Part shown: piece by piece, positions 1 through 7,538 of the stretch
How positions within the stretch are numbered: the first letter of the stretch is position 1
How the letters are laid out: the number at the start of each line of letters is the position of its first letter
DNA from: a virus
Lineage: Duplodnaviria; Caudoviricetes
DNA: 31,432 nt
Direction: 5' to 3' (one strand)
IMG/VR virus record: IMGVR_UViG_3300033755_000092
Span: 1 to 31,432 of that record
Program-made: the position numbers and the translations under genes
Notes under the pieces: model-generated
Seen by the model: only the letters and a program-made list of their open reading frames with translations
Database searches by the model: none
Told to the model about the DNA's origin: nothing

Positions 1-1
1 G

Positions 2-148
2 TCGGTGGAGATGATCCATAGAAATTATTATGAACCCCACGCCCTAGAAAGATTGCGAGCGGCAACCATTATGCCCCGCCTGAGGGAGGTCGAGACAGAG
101 GTTGGCCGCAAGGTGGTGGGTATCGATAATGGTTTTAAGGCAGAATGA
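2..148 (+). CDS. 3' end of a probable tyrosine recombinase/integrase (partial, runs off left edge)
   Basis: Frame 2 is open from the window edge: SVEMIHRNYYEPHALERLRAATIMPRLREVETEVGRKVVGIDNGFKAE*. 'SVEMIHRNY' resembles the (LGH)xSxxMxxxxY catalytic-Tyr box at the C-terminus of tyrosine integrases. Only 48 aa are visible. Confidence 0.5.
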   Translation, partial: SVEMIHRNYYEPHALERLRAATIMPRLREVETEVGRKVVGIDNGFKAE

Positions 149-229
149 GAAATAGAGGGTGGGGGGCCAGGTGCCCGCGAAGCAGCGTGAAATCTAGCTT
201 TTGAGGGGGTGACGAGGCTTGAGGAAGTT

Positions 230-285
230 TGAGAAAAAATGCCGAATTTGCCGGAAAAATGCAGGATAAAATGAGAAAAATGCCG
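230..285 (+). repeat. Three imperfect direct repeats (core AAAAATGC) at 20-21 bp spacing; candidate transposase-binding sites of the left end
   Basis: TGAGAAAAAATGCCG 230-244, GGAAAAATGCAGG 253-265 and TGAGAAAAATGCCG 272-285, lying just outside the first phage gene. Confidence 0.5.
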
Positions 286-657
286 CTAGTGGTTCGAGCC
301 TATGACGATCTCCCGATGCCAGTCCTCGGACCATTTGAGGATCAATTCAAGTAGTCGGGTGGACGCAACTTTTAGATCGTTAATTCCAAAAGTCTCTTCT
401 ATCACTTGGCTGAAGCGATTATTGTAAAAGTACCTGCCGCCATTTCGTTGAATTGCCTCGATCAATTCCTTGCGTGAAGCGCGCGATCGAGTTGATTCGC
501 TTCCCTGTCTTTTCCCAGATTTCCCAACAGCACTTAGATGCACATCGCCGTTGATGTGAATAGACAAATTCTGGATTACGATCCCGCTTGAGCTTGAGGG
601 TTTTCCCTCATGAGATTTAAGCGCGTTGACGAGTTTCAACGTCAGTTCGTCATTCAT
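286..657 (-). CDS. Hypothetical protein downstream of the repressor (likely lysogen-expressed)
   Basis: 123-aa AT-rich ORF starting 2 bp after the repressor stop on the same strand. Confidence 0.7.
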   Translation of the reverse strand: MNDELTLKLVNALKSHEGKPSSSSGIVIQNLSIHINGDVHLSAVGKSGKRQGSESTRSRASRKELIEAIQRNGGRYFYNNRFSQVIEETFGINDLKVASTRLLELILKWSEDWHREIVIGSNH

Positions 658-659
658 GA

Positions 660-1106
660 TCAGCTAGTCAGGGCGCTAACAAGGTTTTCCGTCTTACGTT
701 TAAGCTCTTCTCGTATGATCGATACGAGAGCGGATTTTTGTTCAGAGTTTATTTCTCGCCCTGTTGCCTTAAGGGCTTCTTCCACCAGTTCAACCGCACT
801 GTCAATATATATCGGTTTTCTTTGCGGGCTTATTTGAGATGACTGGTCCTCCTTACTACTTAATCCAAACACAAGTTCGTCTAGGCTTAAATTGAAGTTC
901 CTGGCCAAGTAGACAGCCCACTCCAAAGGCCACGTGCCACGCTTTTTTGCCTGGGTAATGTTGGATTCGTTGATGCCGAGCGCCTGAGCCAGCTCTCGCT
1001 GGGTCTTGATCCTGAGGAGCCGTTGAGCGCGCTGCCAGGCCTCCTCAAACGGAAGGACGGTGGCATTTTCCAGGACTGAGTTTGCAGCCAAGTTTGCAAC
1101 CTCCAA
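660..1106 (-). CDS. Phage CI-type HTH repressor
   Basis: TQRELAQALGINESNITQAKKRGTWPLEWAVYLARNFNLSLDELVFG is a typical CI (186/P2-type) HTH. Divergent from the early operon. Start codon uncertain. Confidence 0.85.
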   Translation of the reverse strand: MEVANLAANSVLENATVLPFEEAWQRAQRLLRIKTQRELAQALGINESNITQAKKRGTWPLEWAVYLARNFNLSLDELVFGLSSKEDQSSQISPQRKPIYIDSAVELVEEALKATGREINSEQKSALVSIIREELKRKTENLVSALTS

Positions 1107-1295
1107 TTTTAGATAAATCCCGCAATATTTCAGTATATTAAATTCATTTGACGCAAAAATTTATTTGCAACCAATTTTTTATCTTGAATTAAGTTTTGTG
1201 CGAGCTTAAGTTGTCGCCATGAATACAGCGCGACGCTACCCGACATCCTCTCCGGGGACAATATCCGGGGCGTCGCAAATTTCGGACACGGCGTC
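1081..1295. promoter_or_regulatory. AT-rich divergent lysis/lysogeny switch region with repeated TTTGCA(A/G)CC boxes
   Basis: Lies between divergent repressor and early genes. TTTGCAGCC 1081-1089, TTTGCAACC 1093-1101 and 1164-1172; TTGACG at 1148-1153. Confidence 0.55.
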
Positions 1296-1714
1296 ATGAA
1301 AGGCCAACAGTTCGACCTTTGGCACAAACCAAGCCTGGACGTGACCCAACGGGTCAAGGCGGCTCTTCGCGAGGTCATGTCGGTATGTCCGCTCAGCCGC
1401 GAGGAGATCGCGGACAGCATGTCGAACGCGGCTCGCAAAGAGGGATTGGCTACAGATAGGTCGCCGGTCTCTCCCGACATGCTGGACAAATGGGCCGCCT
1501 CAAGCGCGGTCACGCACCGCATGCCTCACCATTTCATTGTCATCTTCTGCTCCGTCACCCTTTCGCTGCTGCCCATTCAGGCCATGTTGGCCCCGTTGAA
1601 GTCCGCCGCTGTCCTAGCGAGGATCTGGATCTCCTGGAACTCGCCAGAATTGGCATTCAGGAGGAGGAGCTTGCCCGCAAAAAGAAAGCCATCAAGGGAA
1701 GGCTCAAGAAATGA
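1296..1714 (+). pseudogene. Phage regulatory protein, apparently split by a -1 frameshift near 1613 (pseudogene or sequencing error)
   Basis: The N-part (LSREEIADSMS...SPDMLDKWAASS...HRMP) reads in the 1296 frame. A helical C-terminus (PSEDLDLLELARIGIQEEELARKKKAIKGRLKK) is in the -1 frame and ends in an ATGA overlap with the next gene. Confidence 0.55.
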
Positions 1715-1923
1715 AAATGAAAACCAAGGCGGTTCAGCGCTGGGCGTTCGATAACGACGTGACCTGGGTCATGGTTTCCAGAGAGGCAGGTGTCAGCAAG
1801 TCGCAGGTCAGCCATGTCGTGAATAACAGACGCACGGACACCGGAGACGCTGTTCGGAATGTCCTGTGCTTCTATGGATGCCCGGCCGAGTGCCTGGGCA
1901 CCGATGGTGAGCAGCGCAAATGA
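1711..1923 (+). CDS. Small Ner/Cro-like HTH protein
   Basis: VMVSREAGVSKSQVSHVVNNRR HTH pattern; directly upstream of and ATGA-coupled to the transposase. Confidence 0.75.
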   Translation: MKMKTKAVQRWAFDNDVTWVMVSREAGVSKSQVSHVVNNRRTDTGDAVRNVLCFYGCPAECLGTDGEQRK

Positions 1924-3962
1924 AGGACGCTTTCTCCACCAAGGAGTTGATGGCCGAACTGGGAGTCTCACGTCAGGCGATCGAAAAGCTTGCCGATCGC
2001 CAGGGATGGAAGTGCCGAGTAGAGCCATCCAGCGGCCGCAACGGCACGCTCAAGCTCTGGCGGGTGGAGAGCATGGACGAGAAGACCAAGATCACCCTGG
2101 GCATGCGCCAGCGCACGGCCCTGGCCGTCATTCCCGGCGGCAAAGGCTCCCGGACTGCTCCGCTTCCGGCCAGCCGGGCGCTGGAGCCGGAATTGCTGCT
2201 CCCTGAGCTGCCGCCGGAGAAGCTGCACAAGGCCTCCATGAAGGCCGACCTGGTCTCCCACTACCTGCACGCCAAGGCTTGCGCCAAGCGCAAGGGGCAA
2301 AAGATCGAGGATGCCCGGGCCGGCTTCGTCCTGGCCTACAACGCCGGCATCTCCTACCCGTCCATCCTGGCCGAGCTGGGCGCGACCTCATGGAAGTCCT
2401 TGGAGCGCTGGGCCGTGAACCTCCGGCAGTGCGGCCACGACTGCGCCGCCCTGGCAGAGCGCTACGGCCAGCACCGCAAAGGGCAGAGCAAGGTCACTGA
2501 GGCTGAGAAGGCCATCCTGCTCAAGCTGCTGCTGCACCAGCACAAGATCAAGGTCGGCACGGCCATAGAAATGGCCAAGATGAACCTAGGGCAGCAGGGC
2601 GTTCCGTCCCCCAGTTCGCCCAGCACGCTTCGCGGATTCGTGAATGAATTTCGGGCGCACAATGCGGACATCTGGACCCTGGCCAGGGAAGGCGAGAAGG
2701 CGCTTACGGACAAGATCGCGCCCTATTTCGAGCGCGACATCTCGCTGCTGGAGGTTGGCGACGTGCTCATCGCGGACGGTCACGTCTGCAATTTCACGGT
2801 GGTCAACCCCTTCACGGGCAAGGCAGCGCGCCCCACGCTGATCGCCTTTCTGGATTGGGCCAGCCGGGATGTGGTGGGCTACGCCTACATGCTCACGGAG
2901 GATACCCAGGGCATCCATCTGGCCCTGTACCGGGCGATCCAGCGACTGGGGAAGATGCCCAGGGTGGTCTACCTGGACAACGGCAAGGGGTTCAAGGCCA
3001 AGGTGTTCACCAAGGACCTGGACCTGGAGCAAACCGGCATGGCGGGCCTGTACGGACGCCTGGGCATAATGGCCGTGTTCGCCAAGCCCTACAACGCCCG
3101 CTCAAAAGTGATTGAGCCCTTCTTCAAGACCTTTTCCGACCATTTCGAGCGTTTCGTGCCCAGTTTCTCGGGGGCATCCATCACAGACAAGCCCGCCCGC
3201 TTGCGCCGCAACGAAAAGTTCATGCAAGGCCTGGCTCCGGGAGCACCCATCAGCATCGAACAGGCCTCGAACGCTTTCGAATCCTGGCTCGAACTCTCCT
3301 ACCGCCAGCGCCCACACTCGGGCCTGGGCAAGCGCTCGCCCGGCGAGGTGTTCACGGCCGGTCGCGGAGAAGGAGTGGACCCGGGCCAGCTGCGCTTCCT
3401 GATGATGCACGAGGAAGTGGCCCACCTCACCAACAACGGGGTGCCCCGCTTCGACGGCCACTACTATCACGAAGCCTTGTACGGCCTGCGCACCCGGGTG
3501 CTCATCCGTTACGACTGGCACGATCTGCGGAGCGTCCACGTCTACGACTTGGACGGCAACTACATCTGCGAGGCCAAGCGCACCACGCCAGTGCATCCAA
3601 TGTTCGCGCTGATCGGAGGCAAGGACGCCCCGGGGTATGCGGAATTCCGCGAGCAGAAGAAAGCCCAGGAATCACTCAAGCGGGGGACGAAGAGGGTGGT
3701 GGCTGAGGCCGCGCGCCTGGGCAAGCTGGACGGCATCCGCGACGTCCTGCCCATCCCCGCCGATCCGCGCATGGTTGCAGACATGGAGCGCATCGCGGCC
3801 GAGAACACGCCTCTTCCCAAGCTTCCGGATATCGAAATTTCAGAGGAGTCCAGTCCGGCGAGGCCGGGTCGCTTGATCGACCCGACATCGCTGGACTGGA
3901 TGGACGACAACGACTTGGAGGCAGCGTTCCAGCGCTCCCTCCAGGCAAGCTCAAGGAGGTAG
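1920..3962 (+). CDS. MuA-like DDE transposase
   Basis: N-terminal HTH (FSTKELMAELGVSRQAI), catalytic motifs ADGH / YLDNGKGF / PYNARSKVIEPFF, and a Mu transposase C-terminal region (VLIRYDWHDLRSVHVY). Confidence 0.95.
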   Translation: MKDAFSTKELMAELGVSRQAIEKLADRQGWKCRVEPSSGRNGTLKLWRVESMDEKTKITLGMRQRTALAVIPGGKGSRTAPLPASRALEPELLLPELPPEKLHKASMKADLVSHYLHAKACAKRKGQKIEDARAGFVLAYNAGISYPSILAELGATSWKSLERWAVNLRQCGHDCAALAERYGQHRKGQSKVTEAEKAILLKLLLHQHKIKVGTAIEMAKMNLGQQGVPSPSSPSTLRGFVNEFRAHNADIWTLAREGEKALTDKIAPYFERDISLLEVGDVLIADGHVCNFTVVNPFTGKAARPTLIAFLDWASRDVVGYAYMLTEDTQGIHLALYRAIQRLGKMPRVVYLDNGKGFKAKVFTKDLDLEQTGMAGLYGRLGIMAVFAKPYNARSKVIEPFFKTFSDHFERFVPSFSGASITDKPARLRRNEKFMQGLAPGAPISIEQASNAFESWLELSYRQRPHSGLGKRSPGEVFTAGRGEGVDPGQLRFLMMHEEVAHLTNNGVPRFDGHYYHEALYGLRTRVLIRYDWHDLRSVHVYDLDGNYICEAKRTTPVHPMFALIGGKDAPGYAEFREQKKAQESLKRGTKRVVAEAARLGKLDGIRDVLPIPADPRMVADMERIAAENTPLPKLPDIEISEESSPARPGRLIDPTSLDWMDDNDLEAAFQRSLQASSRR

Positions 3963-3967
3963 GCCCC

Positions 3968-4660
3968 TTGCGCAAGCAGTTCGCCATGACGGCAAACGTA
4001 AAACGCTATGTGACGGCCGTCAACGCCGCCGTGGCCAGCCCGGCCGGTATCGACAAGTTCGTGATCGTGGCCGGCGAGGTTGGCCAGGGGAAAACCGAGA
4101 CAAGTTTATGGTGGAAGAACCACCACAGCCCGCACTCGGTGCTGGTGCGCATCAAGAAGGCCATGGGTCCACGCTGGCTCCTGGAGGACATCGTCTCGGA
4201 GTTGGGGCTCATGCCCGCCAAGAAGAGCCAGGGCCTCTTCGATCAGATCGTGGAGACGCTCATGGGCTCGGACCGGGCGCTGATCCTGGACGAGGTGGAC
4301 TACGTGGCGGACAAGACCACCCTGGTGGAGACCATACGGGACATCGGGGACATGACCGGCATCCCCGTCATCCTGATCTGCATGCCCTGGGCCGATGAGC
4401 GGTTGAAGCGCTACCCCGCGCTCATGCGCAGGGTGAGCCAGCGCGTGGTGTTCAAAGACCTGGAACACGACGACGTGTGTGAGGTGATGGGGCAGATCTG
4501 CGAGGTTCCGGTCGCGGACTGCGCGGTGCAGGCCATCCTGGCGGGCGACAAGAAGATGCCCGTGTACAAGCTCTACCGCTGGGCGCAGGCCTGCGAGCAG
4601 CTGGCCCGCAAGCACAACGTTTCAGAGGTCCGGGCCGAACATTTGGCCCGCAAGGAGTAG
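3968..4660 (+). CDS. MuB-like AAA+ transposition ATPase
   Basis: Walker A GEVGQGKT, Walker B LILDEVD; follows the transposase; AGGAGG upstream of a TTG start. Confidence 0.9.
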   Translation: MRKQFAMTANVKRYVTAVNAAVASPAGIDKFVIVAGEVGQGKTETSLWWKNHHSPHSVLVRIKKAMGPRWLLEDIVSELGLMPAKKSQGLFDQIVETLMGSDRALILDEVDYVADKTTLVETIRDIGDMTGIPVILICMPWADERLKRYPALMRRVSQRVVFKDLEHDDVCEVMGQICEVPVADCAVQAILAGDKKMPVYKLYRWAQACEQLARKHNVSEVRAEHLARKE

Positions 4661-4662
4661 CC

Positions 4663-5220
4663 ATGGGCCAGGTGGGACCCCTGGGCCTGGTGAAGGCCTT
4701 CATCGCCGAGTTGTGCGTCAAGGATGGTGAATTCCGTGAGGCGGACGTCGCCTTTCCGGCGGTCCTCACGCGGGTGACCGGGTTCGAGCGGCGTAAGGTG
4801 CTGCGGGTTATGGACCGGCTCTGCCGTGAGGGCGACCTGCGGCTGGTGGCGGAGGAAAAGGTCCGCACGCCCCGGGGTGAAATGGGGCCGGCCCGTCGCA
4901 ATCCCACCTGGCGCGTCGTACGCGATCCGCGCCTGCGCCGGGACAACCAGGTCCACTCCCGGGTCACGTGCCGGGACAAAGTGTGGAGCACGTTGCGTGG
5001 CCTTCGGCCACGCGCGGTCACCGTGTCGGAAATAAGCCGCTTGAGCGGCTGCGATGACGAAACCGTCCGTGAGGCGATCAAGCTCCTGGAAGAGCACGGT
5101 TACGTGAAGAACAGGGGCAAGATCGAGCGCGAAAAGGCCTGGGTACTGGTGAAGGATGCCGGGCCGAAACGACCGGAGACTCCGGAGGCGCGGCCCGAGA
5201 CCCTGGAGGCACAGTCATGA
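4663..5220 (+). CDS. Hypothetical winged-HTH protein
   Basis: VTVSEISRLSGCDDETVREAIKLLEEHGYV pattern; operonic position after the ATPase. Confidence 0.7.
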   Translation: MGQVGPLGLVKAFIAELCVKDGEFREADVAFPAVLTRVTGFERRKVLRVMDRLCREGDLRLVAEEKVRTPRGEMGPARRNPTWRVVRDPRLRRDNQVHSRVTCRDKVWSTLRGLRPRAVTVSEISRLSGCDDETVREAIKLLEEHGYVKNRGKIEREKAWVLVKDAGPKRPETPEARPETLEAQS

Positions 5221-5579
5221 GCTGGCTCGTGGTCCTCGAAAGGGCCGTCCGGGAAAAGAGTCTCTCCGTGGTGGCCGGCGAGCTGGGCTACCGCTCCAAG
5301 AGCGTGGTCTGCGAGGCGCTCAAGGGAACCTACAAGGGCAATTTGCAGCGTCTGGAGGAGCGGGTTCTGGAAACCTACGGACGTCCAGAAGCGGTCCAAT
5401 GTCCGGTGCTGGGCGAGATCGCGGGCGAGGCGTGCGCCGCCAACCGCGATCTCGCCAAACGCCTGGGCGTTCGCGGCGGAAACGCCCAGACCATCAGTCT
5501 GCGCAAGGGGTGTTTGGGGTGCCTGAAAAAGGATTCGAACGTCCGTTCGAACGGAGGGAAAGGACATGGAAGAGCGTGA
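5217..5579 (+). CDS. Hypothetical HTH protein with Cys-rich C-terminus
   Basis: SLSVVAGELGYRSKSVVCEALKGTYKG ... VQCPVLGEI...C...C..C; ATGA overlap with the previous gene. Confidence 0.75.
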   Translation: MSWLVVLERAVREKSLSVVAGELGYRSKSVVCEALKGTYKGNLQRLEERVLETYGRPEAVQCPVLGEIAGEACAANRDLAKRLGVRGGNAQTISLRKGCLGCLKKDSNVRSNGGKGHGRA

Positions 5580-5922
5580 TCTTTTGAATCTGGCCCGACT
5601 GCTCTGCGTGACCGAGTTGAACCTGATCCGGGCGTCGCGAGCGGAGCCGGAGGATCGGCCGATGTTGGTGACGTCCTGCCACGAGGACGCGCAGCGCGCC
5701 CTGGACTTCTGGGTCAAGGGCCGTGTCACCGGGCTGATGTTCGCCAAGCTCGCCATGGAAGAGGCCTGCTCAAGGCTGGAAAGCGCCCGGAAGTTCGTGG
5801 TCGAGGTGCGCAGGACCGAGCTGATCGGGCTGGCCGTGGCCAAGGTGCTTACGGCCTTGCGGGAAGTGCAAACCGCCCTGGCTGCTCGCCAGGAAAGGGA
5901 GGTGGCCAATGCTGGTTCTTAG
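5566..5922 (+). CDS. Hypothetical protein
   Basis: 118-aa ORF with AGGA RBS, overlapping its neighbours in the operon. Confidence 0.6.
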   Translation: MEERDLLNLARLLCVTELNLIRASRAEPEDRPMLVTSCHEDAQRALDFWVKGRVTGLMFAKLAMEEACSRLESARKFVVEVRRTELIGLAVAKVLTALREVQTALAARQEREVANAGS

Positions 5923-6160
5923 CGTCGAACGGAGCGTGGAGCTTCTCGAGTCGGCCATTGGCGATTTGGCCTTGGCCGTCGGCGGCCAAAACCCGAAGGA
6001 GATCCAATCCCTGGCGCATGCGGCCTGGAAAAAGCTCGGCCAAGCCCGGGCGCTCCTTCGCAGGCCCGATCTGGCTGGGTCTCTTCCGGCCCCGGGGCGT
6101 GCGCCCTTGACCATCCTTCCCGGTGGCTCCGGCTCACGCGAGGAGGTTGCCCATGGCTAG
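5909..6160 (+). CDS. Hypothetical protein
   Basis: 83-aa ORF preceded by GGAGGT; overlaps the Gam start. Confidence 0.6.
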   Translation: MLVLSVERSVELLESAIGDLALAVGGQNPKEIQSLAHAAWKKLGQARALLRRPDLAGSLPAPGRAPLTILPGGSGSREEVAHG

Positions 6161-6692
6161 ACATAAGCCGGCTCCCGCCATGGTCATCACCGACATTGAA
6201 AGCGCGGACAAGGCCCTGGCGGAGCTTGCCGAGATCGAGCGGGAACTCTCCCTGATAGAGATCACGGTGGATGAGGAGGTCGACGCGGCCAAAAAGCGCG
6301 GTGCGGAGCTAGCCAAGCCCCATTTGGAACGCCGCAAGGAACTTGGAACCGCGCTGAGCGTATTCGCCGCCAGTCGTAGGAGCGAACTGTTCGGAAAGGC
6401 CAAGTCGCTCCAGCGCCTGCATGGTGTGTTCGGCTTCCGGCTCTCCAGGAAGCTGGCAACCCTCAAGGGATGGAATTGGAAAAAGGTGCTCTCGGCTGTC
6501 CAGGGCATGGGAACGAGCTTGGAGGATTTGGCAATCTTCGGTGGCTGTGTGCGCACCAAGCCCGAGCTGGACAAGGAAGCAGTGCGCAAGCTCTCCGAGG
6601 CCGACATGGCCCGGATCGGCTGCAAGATCCAGGAGGAAGACGAGTTTTTCATCGAAACCAAGAAGGAGAACGTCGCCGAGAAGGCGGCATAG
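6153..6692 (+). CDS. gam: Gam-like host-nuclease inhibitor
   Basis: ADKALAELAEIER...LFGKAKSLQRLHGVFGFRLS...RTKPELDKEA...QEEDEFFIE; AGGAGG before ATG 6153. Confidence 0.85.
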   Translation: MARHKPAPAMVITDIESADKALAELAEIERELSLIEITVDEEVDAAKKRGAELAKPHLERRKELGTALSVFAASRRSELFGKAKSLQRLHGVFGFRLSRKLATLKGWNWKKVLSAVQGMGTSLEDLAIFGGCVRTKPELDKEAVRKLSEADMARIGCKIQEEDEFFIETKKENVAEKAA

Positions 6693-6702
6693 GGGGCCTG
6701 TG

Positions 6703-6936
6703 ATGGCGAGGGTGAGAACTGAACATACCCTGGAAGCATCCATGGCGCTGGTTAAGGTCTGGAATGAACAATATCCCCCAGGGACGCCCGTCAAGCTGGT
6801 CAAGGATTTTGGGGACATCGTTCTGACCAAAACACGTTCAGAGGCGTGGGTGATCTCTTCCGGGAACGCGATGGTCTACGTGGATGGGATTGCCGGTGGC
6901 TACAAGCTTTCGCGCGTCATCCCCATCAAGCAGTAA
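6703..6936 (+). CDS. Hypothetical phage protein
   Basis: 77 aa (WNEQYPPGTPV...TRSEAWV...VYVDGIAGGY); its stop TAA abuts hammerhead 1. Confidence 0.75.
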   Translation: MARVRTEHTLEASMALVKVWNEQYPPGTPVKLVKDFGDIVLTKTRSEAWVISSGNAMVYVDGIAGGYKLSRVIPIKQ

Positions 6937-6996
6937 GCGAAACCGCCCTTCGGGGCGGTCGTCCGGGCGTGGCGGCCCGGGCCTGATGAGCAGCCA
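6937..6996 (+). ncRNA. Type II hammerhead ribozyme 1 (predicted cleavage after C6960)
   Basis: GC-GAAA-CCGCCC-UUCG-GGGCGG-UC^-GUCCGGGC-GUGGCG-GCCCGGGC-CUGAUGA-GC-A-GCCA. Complete core, stems III and I, 2-bp stem II, and a loop I UGGC / 3' GCCA pseudoknot. Confidence 0.92.
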
Positions 6997-7012
6997 AGGA
7001 GTGATGAGACAC

Positions 7013-7222
7013 ATGGAACTGACCGTACTCACGATAGTGCATAATTCAACGCAGTGTCTTGATCATATTGAGAAACACATTGGTGCTGCATCTACGTTGA
7101 TTGACTTAATTCTTGGCGACAAAACGTGCACGCAGAAGCTCAAGGCGATTGAGGGTCTTAAGATGGAGTTCAACATTATCAAAAGTGATGCGGAAAGGGC
7201 ACTTGCCTTCCTGGGAGACTAA
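7013..7222 (+). CDS. Small AT-rich hypothetical protein between the two ribozymes
   Basis: MELTVLTIVHNSTQCLDHIEKH...AFLGD; AAGGAG at 6996-7001 (alternative ATG at 7004); codon usage visibly more AT-rich than the flanks. Confidence 0.7.
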   Translation: MELTVLTIVHNSTQCLDHIEKHIGAASTLIDLILGDKTCTQKLKAIEGLKMEFNIIKSDAERALAFLGD

Positions 7223-7240
7223 TAGCGCCTCTCGCTTGAA

Positions 7241-7300
7241 GCGAAACCGCCCTTCGGGGCGGTCGCCCGACGGTGGTGCGCCGGGCCTGATGAGCAGCCG
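7241..7300 (+). ncRNA. Type II hammerhead ribozyme 2 (predicted cleavage after C7264)
   Basis: GC-GAAA-CCGCCC-UUCG-GGGCGG-UC^-GCCCGACG-GUGGUG-CGCCGGGC-CUGAUGA-GC-A-GCCG. Same architecture as copy 1, with compensatory changes in stem I. Confidence 0.9.
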
Positions 7301-7312
7301 AAGGAGAATCCC

Positions 7313-7534
7313 ATGGCCTCCATCTACCTGATTTCCGCCGAAGACCAGCCCGGAGCCACGCGCAGGGTGCATCCGGCTGGCGGCTACAAACCTTGCCGGA
7401 AACAAGGACTTCACCGCGCCTTTCAGTCGCCCGACGGCATGGCGGTCTGCCCGGGATGCGATCGCACTTGCGTTCTGCCGGACGGATTCAAGCGCGGAGA
7501 TGCGTTCCTGACCGTGCCGAGGCCCAAGGAGTAG
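7313..7534 (+). CDS. Hypothetical protein with CxxC
   Basis: 73-aa ORF with AAGGAG RBS at 7301-7306 directly after ribozyme 2. Confidence 0.7.
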   Translation: MASIYLISAEDQPGATRRVHPAGGYKPCRKQGLHRAFQSPDGMAVCPGCDRTCVLPDGFKRGDAFLTVPRPKE

Positions 7535-7538
7535 CGCC

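Noticed and set aside
150-229. Exact prophage attL (TG dinucleotide and target duplication)
   Set aside because: Several TG candidates exist and the right end is outside the window, so it cannot be fixed.
6941-6959. CCGCCC-TTCG-GGGCGG hairpins (also 7245-7263) as intrinsic terminators
   Set aside because: No U-tract follows; the hairpin is flanked by GAAA and TC and is better explained as hammerhead stem III.
6884-7012. N-terminal extension of the 6884-7222 ORF through the ribozyme
   Set aside because: It overlaps the upstream gene and encodes low-complexity sequence; the RBS at 6996-7001 supports a start at 7004 or 7013.
6935-7303. The repeat pair as a CRISPR array or IS ends
   Set aside because: Only two direct copies of about 65 bp around a coding spacer of about 240 bp; no cas genes or inverted termini.
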